Origin: Candidatus Fermentibacteraceae bacterium
Lineage (GTDB): Bacteria > Fermentibacterota > Fermentibacteria > Fermentibacterales > JCC-6
NCBI GenBank assembly: GCA_041750285.1
Contig: JBGSZS010000007.1
Span: forward strand, 160,001 to 224,000
Direction: 5' to 3'
Length of the DNA stretch: 64,000 nucleotides
In this document: one piece after another, positions 58,809 through 64,000 of the stretch
Position numbering within the stretch: the first letter of the stretch is position 1
Layout of the letters: each line of letters opens with the position of its first letter
The notes under the pieces: model-generated
Told to the model about the DNA's origin: nothing
What the model saw: only the letters and a program-made list of their open reading frames with translations
Database searches by the model: none
Made by a program: the position numbers and the translations under genes

Positions 58809-60764
58809 TTGTGCGGTTTTGCGGGAGTCCTTCTGGGAAGTCCCGGCGACAGGTCTCCTGAAAAAGATCTCGCGCTTCAGGCAATGTCAGCGGTCCTCTC
58901 CCACCGCGGCCCCGACGACGACGGTCTGCATTGGGAGGGTCCGTGCGGCCTCGCGCATCGCCGTCTGAGCGTGATCGACCTGTCCGCCGCGGGCCGTCAG
59001 CCAATGTCCAACGAAGACGGCAGTATCTGGATCGCCTACAACGGCGAGGTTTACAATTTCAACGAACTCAGGCGTGATCTCGGACTTGAGAGGGATTTTC
59101 GTTTCTGCTCCCGGACCGATACCGAGGTTCTGCTTCACCTATACGAGAAAATGGGCGCCGGCTTCCTCGGCCACCTCAACGGGATGTTCTCGCTCGCGAT
59201 CTGGGACTCCCGGCGGGACAGGCTGCTTCTGGCGCGTGACCCTTTCGGCATCAAGCCCCTTTTCCACATGGAACATGCCGGCGGTTTCTGGTTCGCCTCA
59301 GAGATAAAGAGCCTTCTGCAGGCACCGGCCTTTGTCAGAGAGCCTGATCCCGAAGCCATTTTCCATTACCTGGCCTGCAACTACATCCCGGGAACCCTCA
59401 CCCCTTTCCGGGGAATCAGCGAACTTGCGCCAGGTACCGCCATCGAGGTCAAACCCGGTTCCGGAGTGACTGCCCGGTGGAGTTTTTTCGATCTCGGGAG
59501 CAGACCGGACAACGGAATGGACGAGAAAACCGCTGTGGAAGAATCGCTGCGGCTGCTGCGCGAGTCTGTGAAAAGGCAGCTCATAAGCGATGTTCCGGTG
59601 GGGGTGATGCTTTCGGGGGGAATGGACTCGAGCGCCCTTACGGCCCTGATGGTCCATGCCAGGGGCGGGGCCGGTTTCCACACATTCTCCCTTGCGTTCG
59701 ATGAGCCCAGCTTCGATGAATCGTCCTACGCCCGTCTCGTGGCCGGTACCATGGGTACGATCCACCATGAGATAGGGGTTTCTCCGGAGAAGGTCGAAGC
59801 CCTGCTGCCCGGATACCTCGCTCACATAGACGAGCCCTACGCGGACGGCTCGGCGATACCGACCTGGCTCCTTGCCGACGAGGCGGCCCCGCTTGTCACT
59901 GTGCTCCTCTCGGGAGAGGGCGGCGACGAGCTGTTCGCTGGATACGACACCCATGCGGCCATGAAGGCCAGGAAGATTTACCGCCGTTTCGTCCCGGGCT
60001 TTCTAAGGCGCCTTCTGATCGTACCGGCGGTCAACGCCCTTCCCGTTTCCAACAGCAAGCTGAGTTTCGAGTTCAAGGCCAAGCGGTTCGCCGCGGGATC
60101 CGAACTCGGGGTTGCCGAGTCCCACTTCGCCTGGCGGGCCGTACTCACAGGTGATGAGCGGCTGAGCGTTTATCCCGGTGCTTCCGTGAACCACCCGCCA
60201 TCCGATTCCTTCTTCACCGAAGTCTACGACGCCAGCCGCGGAGAAACCGATCTGGCAAGGATCCTTCGCATCGACACCTCGTGCCATCTTCCCAACGACC
60301 TCATGATCAAGAACGACAGGATGACCATGGCCCACTCCATCGAAGCAAGGGTGCCCTTCACCGACACTGAGCTCTACCGGTTCATGGCCACCGTGCCCGA
60401 TGCACTCAGGCTGCCCGGCCTGAGGAAGAAGAACCTTCTCCGCAAGGCCATGGAGGGGATCCTTCCGGCAGGGGTGATCGCCAAGAAGAAGGTTGGCCTG
60501 GAGATGCCCTATTCGAAATGGTTCCGGAACGAGATGAAGGACTTTGCCCACGACTGCCTGTTCGATTCCGGCATCCTCGATGCAGGCATTCTTGCACGGG
60601 ACGGGCTAAGGGAACTCTGGAACAGCCATCAGCAGGGCAGAAGGGACAACGGCCGCGCCCTCTGGGGAATCCTCAACCTCACGATGTGGTACGGGCTGTA
60701 CATCTCATCCGATGACTACAGGGGGTTCATTCGCCCCGGCAGAAGCAGGCTTCAGGGTGGGTGA
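58809..60764 (+). CDS. asnB: Asparagine synthase-like glutamine amidotransferase
   Basis: TTG-CGF start (Cys2), HRGPD, NGEVYN, LSGGMDSS, SGEGGDE, EARVPF. Confidence 0.93.
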   Translation: MCGFAGVLLGSPGDRSPEKDLALQAMSAVLSHRGPDDDGLHWEGPCGLAHRRLSVIDLSAAGRQPMSNEDGSIWIAYNGEVYNFNELRRDLGLERDFRFCSRTDTEVLLHLYEKMGAGFLGHLNGMFSLAIWDSRRDRLLLARDPFGIKPLFHMEHAGGFWFASEIKSLLQAPAFVREPDPEAIFHYLACNYIPGTLTPFRGISELAPGTAIEVKPGSGVTARWSFFDLGSRPDNGMDEKTAVEESLRLLRESVKRQLISDVPVGVMLSGGMDSSALTALMVHARGGAGFHTFSLAFDEPSFDESSYARLVAGTMGTIHHEIGVSPEKVEALLPGYLAHIDEPYADGSAIPTWLLADEAAPLVTVLLSGEGGDELFAGYDTHAAMKARKIYRRFVPGFLRRLLIVPAVNALPVSNSKLSFEFKAKRFAAGSELGVAESHFAWRAVLTGDERLSVYPGASVNHPPSDSFFTEVYDASRGETDLARILRIDTSCHLPNDLMIKNDRMTMAHSIEARVPFTDTELYRFMATVPDALRLPGLRKKNLLRKAMEGILPAGVIAKKKVGLEMPYSKWFRNEMKDFAHDCLFDSGILDAGILARDGLRELWNSHQQGRRDNGRALWGILNLTMWYGLYISSDDYRGFIRPGRSRLQGG

Positions 60765-62178
60765 TCCCAAACGGGTCGTGATCCTGGGCGGAGGCCCCGC
60801 CGGCCTCTGGACGGCCCTTGACCTTCTCCGTCTGCATCCGGGGCTGAGCGTAACCATCCTTGAAAGGGAAGAAATGCCGGGCGGCATTGCCGCAAGCTTC
60901 AAGGCCCACGGGCTCACATGGGACCTGGGCAGCCACAGGCTGCACCCGGCGGCATCGCCCGGAGTGATCGGTGACGTCAGGGGGCTGCCCGGCACGAACC
61001 TTCTCAAACGTCCCAGGAACGGCAGGATCCTTCTCGAGGGAAGGTTTCTCGGATTTCCTCTGTCCCCCGCCGACATGGCCAGACACCTTCCTCCATCCTT
61101 TGCACTTGGAGTGCTTGTCGACGCTCTGGGCGCTCCCTTCCGGAGCCGGCCCGGGGCAGACGCGACTTTCGGGGCAATAATGATGGCGGGCCTTGGAAAA
61201 ACGATCTGCCGCAGGTTCTATTTCCCCTACGCCGAGAAACTCTGGGGAATCCCCCCTGACGCGCTTGACGGCGAACAGGCCCGCAGAAGGGTATCGGCTG
61301 GAAACCTGGGAAGGATGTTTGGAAAACTCCTCCCCGCAAGGCGTTCCGGGATCGACAGAAGGTCGTTCCATTATCCCGCGGGGGGGTTCGGCTCCATCTT
61401 CGCAGCGGCTGCCCGGAAGTTTGAATCACTGGGAGGAACGCTTCTTAAGGGCGCGTTGGTCCGAAGTGTCACCCCTCCGACCTCCAAGGCAGCAGGACTT
61501 CTCGGGTATGAAAGGGCGCACGAAGACGCAACCCTTCCGGCGGACTTCATCTTTTCGACAATACCGGTCACCGACCTTGTTGCAGCCCTGGGCACAGTGG
61601 TCCCCGGCGATGTCAGGGCAGCAGCCTCATCGCTCTCGTACCGGTCCATGGTGCTTTGCTTTCTGGTGCTTGATTCGCCGCAGTTTTCCGTGTACGACGC
61701 CCATTACTTCCCGGGCCCGGAAACCCGCTTCTCCAGGGTCTCGGAACGGCAGAACTACGATGAAAGCAGGGAATCTCCCGGTTCAACCGGTCTTTGTCTG
61801 GAGATTCCCTGCTTCAGGTCCGACCCCCTCTGGTCGATGGACGACAGAGGGATACTCGGCATGGCCCTTCAAGACCTTTCAATCTCAGGCCTTCCGGTTT
61901 CCGGGGTGAAGTCCTTCTTCACGCGGAGGATCACCGAGGCTTACCCATCCTACCCTGCGGGGTGGCACCTGCACTTCGGGGCGATCGACAGCTGGCTGAC
62001 GGGGCTTTCCGGGCTGGTGACCCTTGGGCGGCAGGGGCTGTTCGTTCATGACAACACGCACCACGCGATGGAGATGGGCGCCCTGGCGGCCCGGTGTTTC
62101 GATCCCGCGGGCGGCTGGGATCGGGATGGATGGTCGGAGGCCAGGAGGCTTTTCAGGAAGAACGTGGTGGAGGACTGA
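60757..62178 (+). CDS. FAD-dependent oxidoreductase (HemY/UDP-galactopyranose-mutase-like)
   Basis: GGGPAG, DLGSHR, YAEKLWG, GRQGLF, DNTHH. Confidence 0.8.
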   Translation: MGDPKRVVILGGGPAGLWTALDLLRLHPGLSVTILEREEMPGGIAASFKAHGLTWDLGSHRLHPAASPGVIGDVRGLPGTNLLKRPRNGRILLEGRFLGFPLSPADMARHLPPSFALGVLVDALGAPFRSRPGADATFGAIMMAGLGKTICRRFYFPYAEKLWGIPPDALDGEQARRRVSAGNLGRMFGKLLPARRSGIDRRSFHYPAGGFGSIFAAAARKFESLGGTLLKGALVRSVTPPTSKAAGLLGYERAHEDATLPADFIFSTIPVTDLVAALGTVVPGDVRAAASSLSYRSMVLCFLVLDSPQFSVYDAHYFPGPETRFSRVSERQNYDESRESPGSTGLCLEIPCFRSDPLWSMDDRGILGMALQDLSISGLPVSGVKSFFTRRITEAYPSYPAGWHLHFGAIDSWLTGLSGLVTLGRQGLFVHDNTHHAMEMGALAARCFDPAGGWDRDGWSEARRLFRKNVVED

Positions 62179-62243
62179 TTGTCCCGCCCAGTGGCGTCCC
62201 TGTTATAATCCGCATCATGACTCACATATCGATAGGGGAACCC

Positions 62244-63815
62244 ATGACCGACAAACGGGCCGGGTTTGCCGTCTGCCTTCTGGCGGTGGCCCTCATGGCG
62301 GTTCTTTCCGCCCTGTCCTTCCAGAAAAGCCTCACCGGCGACGAAGCCCTGACCGTCGCGCTGGCCCGTGGAGACTTCAATCGGATGGTCGACACCGTGG
62401 CACGTGAAAGCCACGTGCCCGGCTATCATGTGCTGCTCTGGCTCTGGATCCGCGCCTTCGGGGCAGGTCTTCCCGTTCTGAGGCTCTTCGCATTCATTCC
62501 CGTCGGCATCCTTGTTCTTGCAGGCTGCAGGTGTTTTCCCCGCTACGGTTACCTGGTGCTTTCCACAAGCCCATTCCTGCTGCATCTGGCCGTCGAGATC
62601 AGGATGTACGGTCTCCTTGCCCTTGTTGGCATGGGCATCCTGCTGACCCTGAGAAGCCTTGCCGGAAGGTTCACCGCCCGGGGGTTCGCGGCGCTTGCGG
62701 CTTCCTGCGTGGCGGGGGTCTGGACCCTTCATTTCGCATGGCTTGCCGTGGCAGCTTCGCTGGCGGTCCTCATACGGCTGAAAAGGCCGCTTCACGCATT
62801 GATCCTTGCCGTGATCGTTCTTGCGTCGTTCTCCCCATGGGCGCCCAACATGGTCAGGCAGTTCCACAGGTTCAGCCCCGGGGGCGAAAGCGGTGAATTC
62901 CAGATGTTCGAACTGGCAAGCCCGACCCAGAGGGTTCTCGGGGCGCCCTTTTCGATTGCCGGCACCCTGCTCCGGTTCGCTGCGGGAAACGGCGCTTTCC
63001 GGTTCAGCCTCTTTTCCCTGGGGACGCTCTCCCCCTGGGTCGCCGCGGGTTTTCTGCTTCTGGCGCTGACTCTCATCACGGCCTTTCTCGGCAGGCGTTA
63101 TCCTGGCTTCGGGGGATGGCTCCTTCTCCTCTTCGTCATGGTGCCGGTGAGCTTCCTCAGACCCAGCGCCAGACACTTTTCCCTTGCATATCCCGTGTTC
63201 GCGGCAATGGTCGCCTCGGGCATCTCCGGAGAAGGCTCTCTCAGAAGGGTTTTGAGGGTTTCCGTGCCGTTTTTGTCACTGGTGATGTGCGTTCCCTTCG
63301 TGACAAGGTCCACACTTCCGCAGCGCTGCACGTTCGACCGGGATTTCCGCGAGGCGGCCAGAATTGCGGGTGAAGCCGCGCAGGAAGGGAACGGAAGGCT
63401 TGTGGCCTACCTCGACACCCATTCGCTGTTGTGCGTCCAGTACCACCTCGACGAACAGGGCTTTTCCGGCGTGGAGCTCATCCACCCGCACATGGCGAGG
63501 CACTCTTCCGGATGGCTCATCTACTTCGAACCCGAAGACCTTGTGGCATTCCTGCTTTCCGATACCGATTCACTGGTTGCCACCTGGGGCACAGATTTCA
63601 TCCTGCTCGCCAACGACCCCCGGCTGGCCAGGGGTCCCCTTTTCGGCACCGGCAACACACTGATCGGCAGGGGCAGCGACATGATCGCGGATGTCGATCT
63701 GATGGAGTGTCTTGAGAAGCGTTTCATTCTGGAGAGGATCGCCCTCCCGGGAAGCCGGGGTCCCCTTTCCCTCTTTCGAGTCACCGGTTCCGGTGAGCAG
63801 CAAGGGAGTCCGTAA
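62244..63815 (+). CDS. GT-C (PMT-like) membrane glycosyltransferase
   Basis: SLTGDE, HVPGY, EIRMY motifs; many TMs. Confidence 0.72.
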   Translation: MTDKRAGFAVCLLAVALMAVLSALSFQKSLTGDEALTVALARGDFNRMVDTVARESHVPGYHVLLWLWIRAFGAGLPVLRLFAFIPVGILVLAGCRCFPRYGYLVLSTSPFLLHLAVEIRMYGLLALVGMGILLTLRSLAGRFTARGFAALAASCVAGVWTLHFAWLAVAASLAVLIRLKRPLHALILAVIVLASFSPWAPNMVRQFHRFSPGGESGEFQMFELASPTQRVLGAPFSIAGTLLRFAAGNGAFRFSLFSLGTLSPWVAAGFLLLALTLITAFLGRRYPGFGGWLLLLFVMVPVSFLRPSARHFSLAYPVFAAMVASGISGEGSLRRVLRVSVPFLSLVMCVPFVTRSTLPQRCTFDRDFREAARIAGEAAQEGNGRLVAYLDTHSLLCVQYHLDEQGFSGVELIHPHMARHSSGWLIYFEPEDLVAFLLSDTDSLVATWGTDFILLANDPRLARGPLFGTGNTLIGRGSDMIADVDLMECLEKRFILERIALPGSRGPLSLFRVTGSGEQQGSP

Positions 63816-64000
63816 TGACGAGTGAAGAGAGAACCGTGATCATCGGCCTTCTGAACAAAGCCAGGGCCATGGAGCTTCACGCCATCTCGCAGTACATGAA
63901 CCAGCACTACAACCTCGACGACATGGACTACGGCCTTCCGGCCGGCAAGGTGAAGCTCATCGCCATCGACGAGATGCGGCACGCGGAAGCATTCGCGGAG
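63815..64000 (+). CDS. bfr: Bacterioferritin (truncated by window end)
   Basis: Translated by hand: LLNKARAMELHAISQYMNQH...IAIDEMRHAEAFAE. Confidence 0.88.
   Translation, partial: MTSEERTVIIGLLNKARAMELHAISQYMNQHYNLDDMDYGLPAGKVKLIAIDEMRHAEAFAE

Overview
Gene-dense, GC-rich (roughly 60-63% by eye) bacterial core-genome window. It comes from a diderm anaerobe (LptD, LpoA-like, HldA/HldC, HydG/F/E, IorAB, membrane PPase). An FCB-group / Ca. Fermentibacterota-like origin is my inference, not established. About 62 CDS tile the window almost without gaps. They include groES-groEL, hutH, pdxS-pdxT, tldD-tldE, trxA-trxB, hup, rpoZ, hppA, rsmB, hydG-hydF-hydE, iorAB, asnB, a partial bfr and three scattered glycosylation clusters. 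I found no rRNA, tRNA, CRISPR array, transposase, integrase or prophage. The most notable observations are: (1) a gene broken at a CCC-TGA site that continues cleanly in the +1 frame; (2) five exported proteins with ultra-short uncharged signal peptides; (3) a secreted protein with a C-terminal TWGxIK tail, preceded by a structured leader and a coupled 22-codon uORF; (4) a consensus sigma54 promoter, with no CIRCE, before groESL; (5) AT-rich islands inside coding sequences; (6) a ferritin-like gene coupled to hydGFE. All functional calls come from motif recognition by eye; no searches were run.
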